A DNA stretch of 64,000 nt from Candidatus Marinacidobacterales bacterium (GCA_965226495.1 OZ245365.1:896001-960000), one strand, 5' to 3'; counted from the stretch's first letter, positions 20,872-31,845 are shown. Notes: generated from the sequence alone by a model not told the origin. A program made the numbers and translations.

Positions 20872-21810
20872 CTAGAATTCTCCGGAGTGCGTCCTGATTC
20901 TATCCAAGACCTCTTTGAACGTTGGTCCCGGAGAGAGTAGCAAGCTGTTTATTGACTCAAACTCCTTCTCGAACAAGCGGTAGGTCTTGTCATCGGTGAT
21001 CGTAAAGGCGCTCCGGGCCGCAAACTCCTTCGCATCCTCTCCACGGAGCTTTTCTTGCTTGTAGGTTTGGTAGTCTGTCGTCCCGATAAACTTCTTGACC
21101 CGCTCGAGCTCCAGCAGCTTGTAGAGATCATAGTAATGCCGCATAAACTGGCGAGGACGATCTCTTTCTTCATTCCGATCCCGATACTGCCGGAACCTTT
21201 TGCAAATCGTTTGGAGTTTATCAACGACCGTGTACTCGGGATTGAAGCATTTGACTGCCGTAGCCCGGTTATCAACGACATCAATATTCGCCTGAAGAGC
21301 CTTCTCCAGAGCCCAGCTGGTGAAATCCCTTGGCTCATTCGGAGCTGTCCGTGCGAACCCAATCTCGAGGAGTACCTCGGGTTTCAGCTCAGGCAACGCC
21401 TTGAAGTATGAGTCGAACTTGAGGCTGATCCCTCCGTTCCGAGCCTTCTCATCGTCGTAGGCTCGGTTCCTTTCCACAGCAATCCCTGGAATTTCGAACT
21501 CTTTGGCGAGACCGTCATAAAACTCGCATCGAGCTTCGATGTGGGCAGGCTTCTCTCCTTTGAGGTTCAATCCTTCCGGGGGCTCAAAGCGGATGTCGAT
21601 GTCTTCCGAGAAACGATCAATGCAGCGCCATCCTTTCGAGAGCGAGGTGCCGCCTTTCATTTCAAACTCAAAACCTTTCTGCTTCAATCCCCAAAGGCAA
21701 TGCATGACCCAGTAGTCTTTCTCAATCACGATGGGAAGGAGGTTCTTCTCCGCACCGAGGGTCTCGAACAACGCCTTGGCGTCGGGCAATTCGTGGACCA
21801 ATTTAGGCAA
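20872..21810 (-). CDS. AbiEii/AbiGii-family nucleotidyltransferase toxin (type IV TA)
   Basis: IEKDYW, KGGTSLSKG, RFSEDID, RHYYD. Confidence 0.9.
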   Translation of the reverse strand: MPKLVHELPDAKALFETLGAEKNLLPIVIEKDYWVMHCLWGLKQKGFEFEMKGGTSLSKGWRCIDRFSEDIDIRFEPPEGLNLKGEKPAHIEARCEFYDGLAKEFEIPGIAVERNRAYDDEKARNGGISLKFDSYFKALPELKPEVLLEIGFARTAPNEPRDFTSWALEKALQANIDVVDNRATAVKCFNPEYTVVDKLQTICKRFRQYRDRNEERDRPRQFMRHYYDLYKLLELERVKKFIGTTDYQTYKQEKLRGEDAKEFAARSAFTITDDKTYRLFEKEFESINSLLLSPGPTFKEVLDRIRTHSGEF

Positions 21811-22375
21811 GCGCCTCTTGCAGGGCTCTTCGTGCAGCGGGGCGTCCGTATCGCTCTAGGTGTTTTCTCACACCTGCCTGGTCGAACTGGTTCAAGCGGG
21901 ACTTCAAATTCCGAAGCACAAGACCCGTATTATCGGGCAGGTGCTTGAGATTGTTGAGCATGTCGACGAGTAGATACTCCTTACTCAGTTTTTCAGGATA
22001 GGCTGGAACCACCCGGAACTTGAAGTGCTTCCCGCCCAGAGAGAAATCGCCTGACCGCTTGTGGTTGTAGACCAGATAGGTGTTATAGACCTGGGTCAGG
22101 CCAAGGCCAAGTTGGTTGTAGTAATTGCAGGAGGTCAGCAGGAAGTCGGCTGTTTTAAGAAAAGCACGCACGAGATCCCGGTCGTCCGGCGGAGTGTTGC
22201 CGAAACGATTCTTACGAGGACGATAGTAGAGTCCCCCGGCCAGTTTCTTGACGTCTCTACTGGCAACAAGCGACCTAAGATCCCGGTCCACGGCCGTCGA
22301 GAAGCCTTTGAGGTGTTGGCGCCGATAGACCCGTCCAGGGCGCATAGATTTTTTTAGCTTATCTGCATTTTTCAT
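21803..22375 (-). CDS. AbiEi-like (DUF6088-like) antitoxin
   Basis: wHTH-like AVDRDLRSLV...GGLYYRP and YNQLGLGLTQV; overlaps the toxin start by 8 bp. Confidence 0.75.
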   Translation of the reverse strand: MKNADKLKKSMRPGRVYRRQHLKGFSTAVDRDLRSLVASRDVKKLAGGLYYRPRKNRFGNTPPDDRDLVRAFLKTADFLLTSCNYYNQLGLGLTQVYNTYLVYNHKRSGDFSLGGKHFKFRVVPAYPEKLSKEYLLVDMLNNLKHLPDNTGLVLRNLKSRLNQFDQAGVRKHLERYGRPAARRALQEALA

Positions 22376-22394
22376 GGCTTCTCTCCTCAGGAGT

Positions 22395-22424
22395 AGTATA
22401 GACAGATTCCCGCCCGGATTGCAA
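22395..22424 (-). promoter_or_regulatory. Sigma70-like promoter of the AbiE-like operon
   Basis: TTGCAA (22424-22419)-N18-TATACT (22400-22395); GAGGAGAG RBS; AT-rich upstream tract. Confidence 0.55.
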
Positions 22425-22499
22425 GTATTTTATATTATAATACATGCGAATATATTGGCTATCCTACTTAAAATAAGGATCTTTGCCATTAGTGTGCAT

Positions 22500-23137
22500 G
22501 CCGGCGTTTTCTTCCAAGGCCCCGGGGCGGTGCGCATGGAGAACATGCTCCTCGATTGGATGGCCGATCTGGTGGGATACCCTGAGAGCGCCGCGGGGAG
22601 CTTGAGCTCGGGAGGCAGTATCGCCAACCTTGGCGGGATCGTCGCCGCACGGGATGCCCACGGTTTGAAGGCCAGGGATTTCGAGCGCTCGGTGATCTAC
22701 TTGACCGATCACGTCCACCACTCGGTGGATAAGGCGATCCGCATCGCTGGCCTCGGTGAGTCGGCTCGGACGATCGTACCTGTGGACGCACGTCGTCGAA
22801 TGGACCCCGAGGCCCTTGAGGAGGCGATCCAGAAAGACAAGGCCGCCGGACTGAGCCCCTGGCTCGTCATCGCCTCCGCGGGAACCGCCGACACCGGGGC
22901 GGTGGATCCGCTCGGAAACATAGGCGAGATCGCCAGCCGCCGATCTCTCCCCCGAGTTCAGCAAGCATTTCCGCGCCCTCAGACTTTGGTTGCCGCTGAA
23001 GCTTTTCGGAGTGCGGCCCTTCCGAGCGGCTCTAGAGGAGAAAATGCTTTTGGCTCGCTACTTCTACGAGAAGATTCAGTCCATGGACGGATTCGAGGTC
23101 GGTCCTTTCCCAGACCTCTCGGTGGTCACGTTCCGGT
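22500..23137 (+). pseudogene. Fragmented PLP-dependent group II amino-acid decarboxylase
   Basis: SGGSIANL, HHSVDKA and SAGTADTGAVDPL, then a jump near 22938 to ADLSPEFSKHFRALRLWLPLK in another frame. The PLP-Lys segment is deleted, the 5' end is missing and the 3' end is cut by IS copy 2. Confidence 0.8.
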
Positions 23138-24445
23138 TGTCCATCGTCAAAACTCGTCAGCCTGTGCAATCAAGGTCTTACCACCCGCTTGAGTTCCGGG
23201 CCGAAGAAAGCGAAACTCCGCCGCCATGCTCCGTGTACTCATTTTCTTCGTCTCTCTCGGCGCCCGTGCGTTGCGGGCGATGTGTCGGCGGCGGGCCGAC
23301 CTGGTGATGGAAAACCTCGCTCTGAGGCAGCAGTGACGGCGTTCAAGAAAGAGCGACCCCGGCCACCCCTCGACGACACGGACCGCGCATTCTGGGTTGC
23401 GCTCCGAAGCTCGTGGCCGGCGTGGGCGAGCCGCTTGGTCATCGTCAACGCAGACACAGTCAAGCAGTGGAATCGGGAACGATTCCGACGATACTGGACT
23501 CGGATCTCACGCAGACGCTATCCAGGCCGACCTCGGATTGACGCCGAGATTCGCCGACTCGTCCGCACGATGTCGCAAGACGGCTGGGGCGCACCTCGTA
23601 TCCACGCCGAGCTCATGAAGCTCGGCTTCATCATCTCGGAGAAGACGGTGTCGCGATACATGCCGCGGCTCCCAGCGGAGCCCAATCAGGTCAAGCGTTG
23701 GGTAGTGTTCTTGCGGAACCACAAGGACGACATTGCCGCCATGGATCTGTTCACCGCGCCGACCGCGTCGCTTCGGCTGCTGTACGGCTTCTTCGTCATC
23801 GAGCACGGCCGCCGCCATATCTTGCACTTCAACGCCACATTCCATCCGACCTCGGCCTGGGTGATGCAGCAACTGCGTGAGGCATTTCCGTACGACACCG
23901 CGCCGCGATACCTCATCTTGGACCGCGACTCCATATTCAGCCCCGCGGTGGTCGGGTTCATAAGGGCCATGGGCACAAAGCCTGTTCGCATTTCGTATCG
24001 GAGCCCTTGGCAAAATGGCACCGCTGAGCGCTGGATCGGAAACTGCCGGGGCGAGCTCCTTGAACATGTCGTAGTCCTCGGCGAGCGCCATCTCGTGCGG
24101 CTCATGCGCTTGTATCTCAGTTACTACCATGAAGATCGTTGTCACTTGGGGCTCGAAAACGACACGCCGAACGAGAGACGAATCACGCCGCGACCGTCAC
24201 CCACGGCGAAAGTTGTCGCACTGCCGCGCGTCGGTGGACTGCACCACCGCTACGAGTGGAGCGAGGCTGCGTAGCAACGTTTTCGGCCGCATCCGGGGCC
24301 CCGAGTCTTGACATCCCCGGCCCTCCTGAATCCGCGCTCCCGCTTCAACCCGGCGCCATCTCTCACGCGTTTGAACCCCGTTTCATCGTCCCTTCTCGCT
24401 TCGAACGGCTGTTCGTCCCAACCGGATCTATAATGACGAGGCACA
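23138..24445 (+). mobile_element. 1308-bp integrase-core insertion sequence, copy 2
   Basis: Direct repeat of 19309-20616 with identical ORF translations and the same frameshift; I saw differences only at two positions in the left IR. Confidence 0.88.
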
Positions 24446-25610
24446 GGAACAAGGCGAAACTCCGCCGCCATGCTTCGTGTTCTCGTCTTCCTCGTCTCTC
24501 TCGGCGCCCGCGTGATCCGAGTGATCTGTCGGCGCCGAGCCGACCTTGTGATAGAAAATCTCGCTCTCGGCAGCAGGTGACGGCGCTCAAGAAGGAGCGG
24601 CCGCGGCCAGCGCTCGAGACGATATCGATCGGGCCTTCTGGGTCGCGCTGCGAAGCTCGTGGCCCGCGTGGGCGAGCCGCTTGGTCATCGTCAACGCCGA
24701 TACAGTTGTCCGGTGGCATCGGGATCGATTCCGGCGATACTGGGCGAAGATCTCGAAGCGCCTCTATCCCGGGCGACCTCGCGTCGAGGCCGAGATTCGT
24801 CGACTCATACGGCTCATGGCGCAAGACGGTTGGGGTGCACCTCGTATCCACGCCGAGCTCATGAAGCTCGGCTTCGTCATCTCCGAGATCCCTCCGCGAT
24901 GTACCTGTGGCAGCTTGCTCCGGCCCGACCGTGTCGCTTCGACTTCTGTATGGCTTCTTCGTCATCGAGCACGGCCGGCGACACATCGTTCACTTCAACG
25001 CCACGTTCCATCCGACGTCGGCCTGGGTGATGCAGCAACTGCGTGAGGCGTTTCCGTACGACACCGCGCCGCGATACCTGGTCTTCGACCGCGACTCTAT
25101 ATTCAGCCCCGCGGTGGTCGAGTTCATAAGGGCCATGGGCACAAAGCCTGTTCGCATCTCCTATCGCAGTCCTTGGCAAAACGGAACCGCCGAGCGCTGG
25201 ATTGGGACCTGTCGTCGCGAGCTCCTCGAGCACGTCGTCGTCCTCAGCGAACGGCATCTCGTCCGGCTCGTGGGCTTGTACATCAGCTATTACCACGAGG
25301 ACCGCTGCCACTTGGGTCTCGACAACGACACTCCGAACGAGAGAACGGTCACGCCACGACCGTCACCCGCGGCGAAGGTCGTGGCACTGCCGCGCGTCGG
25401 TGGACTGCACCATCGGTACGAGTGGCGCGAGGCTGCGTAGCAACGTTTTCGGCTGCATCCGGGGTCCCGAGTCTTGACATCCCCGGCGCTCCTGAATCCG
25501 CTCTCCGCGTCAACTCGGGGCCATCTCTCAGGCTTTGAACCTCGTTTCGTCGTCGCTTCTCGCTTCGCGTGGCTGTTCGATCCCCGCCGGATCAATAATG
25601 ACAAGGGACA
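24446..25610 (+). mobile_element. Diverged, degenerate third copy of the integrase-core IS (left end lost)
   Basis: Homologous sequence with several frameshifts and an internal deletion near 24890; right end ATAATGACAAGGGACA. Confidence 0.85.
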
Positions 25611-25999
25611 GGCCGGAGATCTGCTCTGGGCTCCAGTCGGCCTTAAGCTTCTTCTCCACCAGGGCAAAGTCGGCCTTTGTGAAGTACTGGTTTCGGCGAG
25701 ACCGCGAGCGTCGTCCGTTCGTTCTCTCGATGGCCTTGCTCGGCCGGTAGCATCCATCACTAGGTGAGCTGTTCCTCCTGACCTCTCTCGAGATGGTGCT
25801 CCGGTGGCGCCCCAGGCGCCGCGCGATCTCGGCCGAGCAAAATCCCTCCCGTCGCAGCGCCGCGATGGTGTAGCGTTCTTCCGAGGTGATCTGGTAATAA
25901 GTCATTAGCGAGTCCCCATTCTTGGTCGTTTGAGGAATCGTGGTACATTCCAGGTCACCTCATCCGGGAGCTGTGTTGCACTTACTTTATGAATTCGCG
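25611..25999 (-). mobile_element. Truncated IS30-family element (terminal IR plus N-terminal HTH of the transposase)
   Basis: MTYYQITSEERYTI...IARRLGRHRSTISREVRRN...WSPEQISG starting at 25905 and cut at the right end of IS copy 3; IS30-like end GTTGCACTTACTTTATGAATTCGC. Confidence 0.85.
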
Positions 26000-26147
26000 G
26001 GGGAGACCACCATGAACGGGCGGACCAGGGGATGGCTCGACAGCCTTGATTGTGCTTAAATGTCCGAATTCTCGGCGGTCGGTTCAACGCCGTGTCGCAT
26101 CGATTTGAGCGCCGCATGGGGTCGGCCTCCACGAAAGGAGCAGCCGG

Positions 26148-27578
26148 GTGAAGAAACCCAATCGTAGCGTAGTTCCGCGTCGCATCGTGATTCTGTTGGC
26201 CCTGCTGAGTGTAGGGACAGCAATCTCAGAAGCAGCCGAGTGGTCGCGCTATCGAGGGCCGAACGGGTCAGGGATCTCAGACGCGGTCGGCCTTCCCATC
26301 GTGTTCGGGCCTGCGAAGCACCTGGTGTGGAAAACGAAGCTGCCTCCCGGGCACTCCTCTCCCGTCTTAACCGAAGATCGGATCTTCCTCACCGCCTTCG
26401 AGGACGAGATTCTCCTGACGTTCTGTCTGGACCGTGAGACCGGAGAAATCCTGTGGCGCCGGGTGGCTCCCCGGGACCGTAGCGAAAAGCTGGATCGACG
26501 GAATTCGCCTGCTTCTCCAACCCCGGTGACCGATGGCGAAAATGTCTACGTCTTCTTCGGGGACTTTGGGATGCTCTCCTATGACTCTGCCGGCAACGAG
26601 CGCTGGAGGCTGCCGCTCGGACCCTTTGACAACGCGTATGGGATGGCGGCATCTCCGATCATCGTCGAGGACAAGGTGGTTCTGGTGTGCGACCAGGCCA
26701 CCGGGTCGTTCATGATCGCGGTGGGAAGGGATGACGGCCAGCCTAGGTGGAAAGTGGATCGCGCGGAGTACAAGACCGGACACTCCACCCCAATTGAGTA
26801 CCGCACGGAGCGGGGCGACGTGCTGCTCCTCGTCCCGGGATCTTTTCGCCTGACCGCGTACACCGTCGATACTGGCGAGCCGGTTTGGTGGGTGACGGGT
26901 CTGGCCTTCGAGATGAAGGCTACCCCGGTCTTCGACCGGGACATGGTTTTCATCAACGGTACCAGCGGCGCCCAGGCCAGCATTCCACCATTCGAGAAAG
27001 TGTTGCCTGCATATGACGAGGACGGTGATGGGCTCTTCTCCCGCGAAGAGACAAAGGACGGGAGAGTCAAGTGGTTCGGGTTGATGGACCTGGACGGGAG
27101 CGGCTTTCTCGATGCCGAGGAATGGGCCTATTACCAGGCGGCTAGCGCGACACGGGGCGGGATGTACGGCTTCACACTCGGCGGTCGCGGCGACATGACG
27201 GAGGCCAACTTTCGCTGGCACTACGGCAAGTCTGTTCCCCAGCTCCCATCTTCCTTGCTCTACAAGGGCGTCCTTCACATGTTGAGTGACACCGGCATCG
27301 TGACATCCTTCGAGCCGTCAACGGGCAAGGTCATCAACCAAGGTAGACTGAAAGGTGCGATCGACAACTTCCGCGCGGCTCCGGTGGCCGCGGACGACAA
27401 GATTTTCATGGTTAGTGAGTCGGGCAAGGTCGTGGTGATGGAGTCTGACGGTAGCCTCGAGGTATTGGCCGTGAACGACCTCGACGATCTGTGCTTCGCC
27501 ACACCCGCCGTCGCTGACGGTCGAATCTACATTCGCACGATGAGCGCTCTCTACAGCTTCGGCCTTACGACCCCTTAA
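26148..27578 (+). CDS. Secreted PQQ-like beta-propeller protein with EF-hand-like insert
   Basis: Signal peptide, WSRYRGPNGSG, GHSSPV, ASPTPVTDG, ATPAVADGRIYIRT; DEDGDGLFSREE and DLDGSGFLDAEE. Confidence 0.85.
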   Translation: MKKPNRSVVPRRIVILLALLSVGTAISEAAEWSRYRGPNGSGISDAVGLPIVFGPAKHLVWKTKLPPGHSSPVLTEDRIFLTAFEDEILLTFCLDRETGEILWRRVAPRDRSEKLDRRNSPASPTPVTDGENVYVFFGDFGMLSYDSAGNERWRLPLGPFDNAYGMAASPIIVEDKVVLVCDQATGSFMIAVGRDDGQPRWKVDRAEYKTGHSTPIEYRTERGDVLLLVPGSFRLTAYTVDTGEPVWWVTGLAFEMKATPVFDRDMVFINGTSGAQASIPPFEKVLPAYDEDGDGLFSREETKDGRVKWFGLMDLDGSGFLDAEEWAYYQAASATRGGMYGFTLGGRGDMTEANFRWHYGKSVPQLPSSLLYKGVLHMLSDTGIVTSFEPSTGKVINQGRLKGAIDNFRAAPVAADDKIFMVSESGKVVVMESDGSLEVLAVNDLDDLCFATPAVADGRIYIRTMSALYSFGLTTP

Positions 27579-27648
27579 GCTTATTGAAGACGGGGATAAT
27601 CGTGCGATAATGGGCGTCTCTCGCCGACGTCACTTCAAGGAGGATGAC

Positions 27649-28230
27649 ATGAGAAACTTCTGGATGGGCGTGGTCTTGGCCCCGCTGGTTCTTTCAATGG
27701 CGGCGTCCGAGGCCGCGCAGGAACCCGAAGTGCAGACCTTCCAGCCGCTTAGCAGTCGGGCCATCTATCTAGGGCGGGTTTTGGACGACGGCGCGTTAGG
27801 ACAGCGCGCGCTAGAGCAAAACGCGGCCAGCGGCGCAATCGAAGTCTACAATGTCTGGACTAGCTTTCAGGAACCCCAGATCAAGAGCAACCTCAGCCTG
27901 AAGGGCCACGCTTACCAAATCTGCGGCGACCAATACAATTCGTTCTTCTTTGCCAGTCTGATCTTCAACTCCGCAAATTCCATCGACGTCGAGGTAACCT
28001 ACAATCTCTCCAAAGCGCGAAAACAGTCGACCACTTGTTCCTTCGATGTCAATCTCCCTGGCTTGTGGCTGCTCATGTGTGAGGGCGATTCTCGGGATTA
28101 CGTCACCGGCTTGTACAAGCTCAAGGCCAAGCACACTGTCACCCAGGGAGGTTCCGGCCGCGGCACGGCAAAGTGTTTTTTTGATGTTCTCGCCTGCCTC
28201 AGTGGTGAGGGCCCGCCGCCGGTCTACTGA
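27649..28230 (+). CDS. Hypothetical secreted protein
   Basis: AAGGAGG RBS, signal-peptide-like N-terminus, five Cys; no family recognised. Confidence 0.6.
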   Translation: MRNFWMGVVLAPLVLSMAASEAAQEPEVQTFQPLSSRAIYLGRVLDDGALGQRALEQNAASGAIEVYNVWTSFQEPQIKSNLSLKGHAYQICGDQYNSFFFASLIFNSANSIDVEVTYNLSKARKQSTTCSFDVNLPGLWLLMCEGDSRDYVTGLYKLKAKHTVTQGGSGRGTAKCFFDVLACLSGEGPPPVY

Positions 28231-28248
28231 GCGGATCGACAATCTCGG

Positions 28249-31200
28249 ATGAGGTGGCATTTCTGGATCGACAGGGGTGGCACCTTTACCGATGTGGTGG
28301 GCCGGCGTCCCGACGGCGCCGTCGTATCGCAAAAACTCCTTTCGGAAAACCCGGGCCGCTACACCGACGCGGCGATTGAAGGTATCCGGCGGCTACTCGA
28401 TGTTCCGATCGCGGCCGCGATCCCCGCCTCCGAGATCGAGGTGGTCAAGATGGGAACGACCGTGGCCACCAATGCGCTCCTGGAGCGAAGGGGAGTCCCC
28501 GTGGCGCTCGCCATCACCAAGGGGTTCCGAGACGCGCTGCGCATCGCTTACCAGAATCGGCCCCGGCTCTTCGTCCACCGGATCGAGCTTCCCGGGATGC
28601 TCTACGAGCGGGTGCTCGAGGTTGATGAGCGAATGAGTGCCCAGGGCGAGGTGTTGCATCCCCTCTCGATCGAGGCGGTCCGTCGCGACTTGGAAGTGGC
28701 TTTCGCAGCCGGCATCCGTTCCTTGGCCATCGTCTTCATGCACGGGTATCGCTACCCGAATCACGAGAAGCAAGTAGCGGCGCTGGCGCGGGAGATCGGG
28801 TTTACGCAGATCTCGGCGAGCTCAGAGGTAAGCCCACTCATGAAGCTCGTCTCGCGCGGCGACACCACGGTCGTCGACGCCTATCTCTCGCCGATCCTTC
28901 GCCGCTATGTGGACGGCGTCTCGGGTGAGCTGGGCACTACTCGCTTGATGTTCATGCAGTCCAGCGGCGGCCTTACCGACGCCCACCTCTTTCGTGGCAA
29001 GGACGCCATCCTCTCCGGGCCGGCAGGGGGTCTGGTGGGCGCGGTGGAGACATCGGCCATGGGCGGCTTCGAGAAGATCATTACCCTCGACATGGGCGGC
29101 ACTTCCACGGATGTGGCCCACTACGACGGTGAGTACCCACGGGTCTTCGAGACGCGGGTGGCGGGCGTTCGTATGCGGGCGCCGATGATCGAGATCCATA
29201 CCGTTGCCGCTGGCGGTGGGTCCATCGTGAGGTTCGACGGCGCGCGTTATCGCGTGGGCCCCGAATCGGCAGGCGCCGACCCGGGCCCCGCCTGCTACCG
29301 GCGTGAGGGGCCGCTGGCTCTTACCGATGCCAACCTCATGCTGGGCCGCATCGTTCCGGAGTTCTTCCCCCATGTCTTTGGCCCCGAGGGCAACTCGCCC
29401 CTAGACGCGGAAGTCGTTTCCAGGGGTTTCGCCGAGTTGGCGAAGACGATCGGCGAGGCCACCGACGATGTGCGCCGCCCCGAGGAGGTGGCCGAGGGTT
29501 TCCGCCGGATCGCCATCGAGAACATGGCCAACGCCATCAAGAAGATCTCGCTCGAGCGTGGCTACGACGTAACCGAGTACACGCTGAGTTGCTTCGGCGG
29601 CGCGGGTGGGCAACATGCGTGCGACATCGCCGATACCCTGGGGATGACCACGATCTTTCTGCACCCCCTGGCAGGCGTTCTCTCCGCCTACGGTATGGGG
29701 CTGGCCGACGTTAGGGCGCTTAGGGAGCAGGCGGTCGAAGCCGAGCTAGACGAAGAGATGCTCGCCTCGCTCTCGGACACCTTGGAGCGTTTGGCGGAGG
29801 CGGGGCGGAAGGAGCTTCGTCACCAGGGTGTCGCGGAGGAGCACATCGAGGTGCTTCAGAAGGTGCATCTGCGCTATATGGGTACCGACTCGGCCCTCGT
29901 CATCGACTACGGAGATCTAGCTTCCGTCACCACCCGGTTCGAGGCCGCCCACCGTCAGCGCTTTGGGTTCACAATGGAAGACAAGGGTTTCATGGTGGAG
30001 GCGGTCTCGGTCGAGGTGATTGGCCGGACGACCACGGTCGAAGAGCCACTTCTGGAGGCCGTGGTCCGCAAACAACCGATCGAGCCTAGTACCCACGTTC
30101 CCATGTATGTGGGGGGCGATTGGCATGACACACCCGTTTACGAGCGAGAAGATCTCGTCCGTGGCGACACGATCGACGGCCCGGCCATCATCACGGAAGC
30201 GGGGAGCACCACGGTCGTCGAGCTCGGCTGGCAATCGCGGCTTACCGAGCGTAACCACCTCGTGTTGAAGCGCGTGGTCCCGCTTCCCCGTCGCAAAGTG
30301 GTGGGCACCGAGGCCGACCCGGTGATGCTCGAGATCTTCAATAACCTCTTCATGTCCATTGCCGAGCAAATGGGCTCGACCCTCGAGAAGACCGCCTACT
30401 CTGTGAACATCAAGGAACGACTCGACTTCTCCTGCGCCATTTTCGATCCGCACGGGAACCTCGTCGCCAACGCCCCTCACATGCCGGTTCACTTGGGGTC
30501 CATGAGCGAGAGCATCCGTACTGTGATCCGCGAGAACCGGGAGCAACTAGCTCCCGGAAACGTTTATGTGTTGAACGCACCTTACAACGGCGGGACTCAC
30601 TTGCCGGACGTCACCGTGGTGACGCCGGTCTTCGACGCCGGCGGTAACGAGCTCCGGTTCTTCGTGGCGAGTCGTGGTCACCATGCCGATATTGGAGGCG
30701 TGACACCGGGCTCCATGCCGCCTGACAGCCGCAGCGTGGACGAGGAGGGTGTGCTCATCGACAACTTCAAGCTGGTCGATGGCGGTCGATTCCGCGAGGC
30801 GGCCATGCGCCAACTACTAACCTCGGGACGTTACCCGGCGAGAAATCCGGACCAAAACATCGCTGATTTGAAGGCCCAGATTGCCGCCAACGAGAAGGGA
30901 GTTCAGGAGATCGGAAAGATGATCGAGCACTACGGCCTGAACGTCGTGCACGCTTACATGAAGCATGTGCAGGACAACGCCGAGGAGCATGTACGCCGCG
31001 TGCTCGACGTGCTCAAGGACGGTCGCTTCCGCTATCCTCTCGACGACGGTGCTGTCGTGGCGGTCCAGATCCGCATCGACAAAGAAAGCCGGAGCGCACT
31101 CATCGACTTCTCCGAGACCAGCCCCCAGCAGCCGACGAACTTCAACGCGCCCAGTGCGGTGTGCCGTGCCGCCGTGCTCTACGTTTTCCGTACTCTGGTC

Positions 31201-31845
31201 GATGACGAGATCCCGATGAACGAAGGCTGCCTCAAACCGCTTGAAATCACCATCCCCGAAGGCTCGATGCTGAGCCCTCGCTATCCCGCCGCCGTGGTCG
31301 CAGGCAACGTGGAGACTAGCCAAATCATCACCGACACGCTCTATGGAGCTTTGGGAGTCCTCGCCGCTTCCCAAGGCACCATGAACAACTTCACCTTCGG
31401 CAACGATCGACATCAGTACTATGAGACCGTTGCCGGCGGCGCCGGCGCCGGGCCGGACTTCGACGGCACTGACGCCGTCCACACCCACATGACGAACTCA
31501 CGTTTGACGGATCCAGAGGTGCTCGAGTGGCGGTTCCCCGTGCTCCTGGAGTGCTTCGAGATCCGTCGCGGCTCCGGAGGGTCTGGCCGGCATCGGGGAG
31601 GCGACGGAGCGCGCCGACGGATCGTCTTCCGCGAGGCGATGACGGCGGCCATCCTTTCCAGCCACCGGAAGGTGCCTCCCTTCGGCGTTGACGGTGGGGA
31701 GACCGGAGCGTTAGGCCGCAACCGGGTCGAGCGGACGGACGGAACGGTAGAAGAGCTCGAAGGCACCGACCAGACCGAAATGAATCCAGGAGATGTCTTC
31801 GTCATCGAAACCCCAGGGGGTGGCGGCTTCGGTCCTCCCGAGTAG
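28249..31845 (+). CDS. 5-oxoprolinase-like fused hydantoinase A/B protein (ATP-dependent)
   Basis: IDRGGTFTD, LSGPAGG, DMGGTSTD, NIKERLDFSCA, HMPVHLGSM, TPGGGGFG. Confidence 0.92.
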   Translation: MRWHFWIDRGGTFTDVVGRRPDGAVVSQKLLSENPGRYTDAAIEGIRRLLDVPIAAAIPASEIEVVKMGTTVATNALLERRGVPVALAITKGFRDALRIAYQNRPRLFVHRIELPGMLYERVLEVDERMSAQGEVLHPLSIEAVRRDLEVAFAAGIRSLAIVFMHGYRYPNHEKQVAALAREIGFTQISASSEVSPLMKLVSRGDTTVVDAYLSPILRRYVDGVSGELGTTRLMFMQSSGGLTDAHLFRGKDAILSGPAGGLVGAVETSAMGGFEKIITLDMGGTSTDVAHYDGEYPRVFETRVAGVRMRAPMIEIHTVAAGGGSIVRFDGARYRVGPESAGADPGPACYRREGPLALTDANLMLGRIVPEFFPHVFGPEGNSPLDAEVVSRGFAELAKTIGEATDDVRRPEEVAEGFRRIAIENMANAIKKISLERGYDVTEYTLSCFGGAGGQHACDIADTLGMTTIFLHPLAGVLSAYGMGLADVRALREQAVEAELDEEMLASLSDTLERLAEAGRKELRHQGVAEEHIEVLQKVHLRYMGTDSALVIDYGDLASVTTRFEAAHRQRFGFTMEDKGFMVEAVSVEVIGRTTTVEEPLLEAVVRKQPIEPSTHVPMYVGGDWHDTPVYEREDLVRGDTIDGPAIITEAGSTTVVELGWQSRLTERNHLVLKRVVPLPRRKVVGTEADPVMLEIFNNLFMSIAEQMGSTLEKTAYSVNIKERLDFSCAIFDPHGNLVANAPHMPVHLGSMSESIRTVIRENREQLAPGNVYVLNAPYNGGTHLPDVTVVTPVFDAGGNELRFFVASRGHHADIGGVTPGSMPPDSRSVDEEGVLIDNFKLVDGGRFREAAMRQLLTSGRYPARNPDQNIADLKAQIAANEKGVQEIGKMIEHYGLNVVHAYMKHVQDNAEEHVRRVLDVLKDGRFRYPLDDGAVVAVQIRIDKESRSALIDFSETSPQQPTNFNAPSAVCRAAVLYVFRTLVDDEIPMNEGCLKPLEITIPEGSMLSPRYPAAVVAGNVETSQIITDTLYGALGVLAASQGTMNNFTFGNDRHQYYETVAGGAGAGPDFDGTDAVHTHMTNSRLTDPEVLEWRFPVLLECFEIRRGSGGSGRHRGGDGARRRIVFREAMTAAILSSHRKVPPFGVDGGETGALGRNRVERTDGTVEELEGTDQTEMNPGDVFVIETPGGGGFGPPE

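Noticed and set aside
22374-23192. 272-aa ORF as a functional decarboxylase
   Set aside because: It is a chimera of TA promoter DNA, a decarboxylase fragment lacking the PLP-lysine region, and IS sequence.
19305-25614. GGCC on both sides of the whole three-copy IS block as a target-site duplication
   Set aside because: Joining the flanks does not restore the IS30 reading frame (it gives ISGLSAAL-stop), and a 4-bp GC match is likely by chance.
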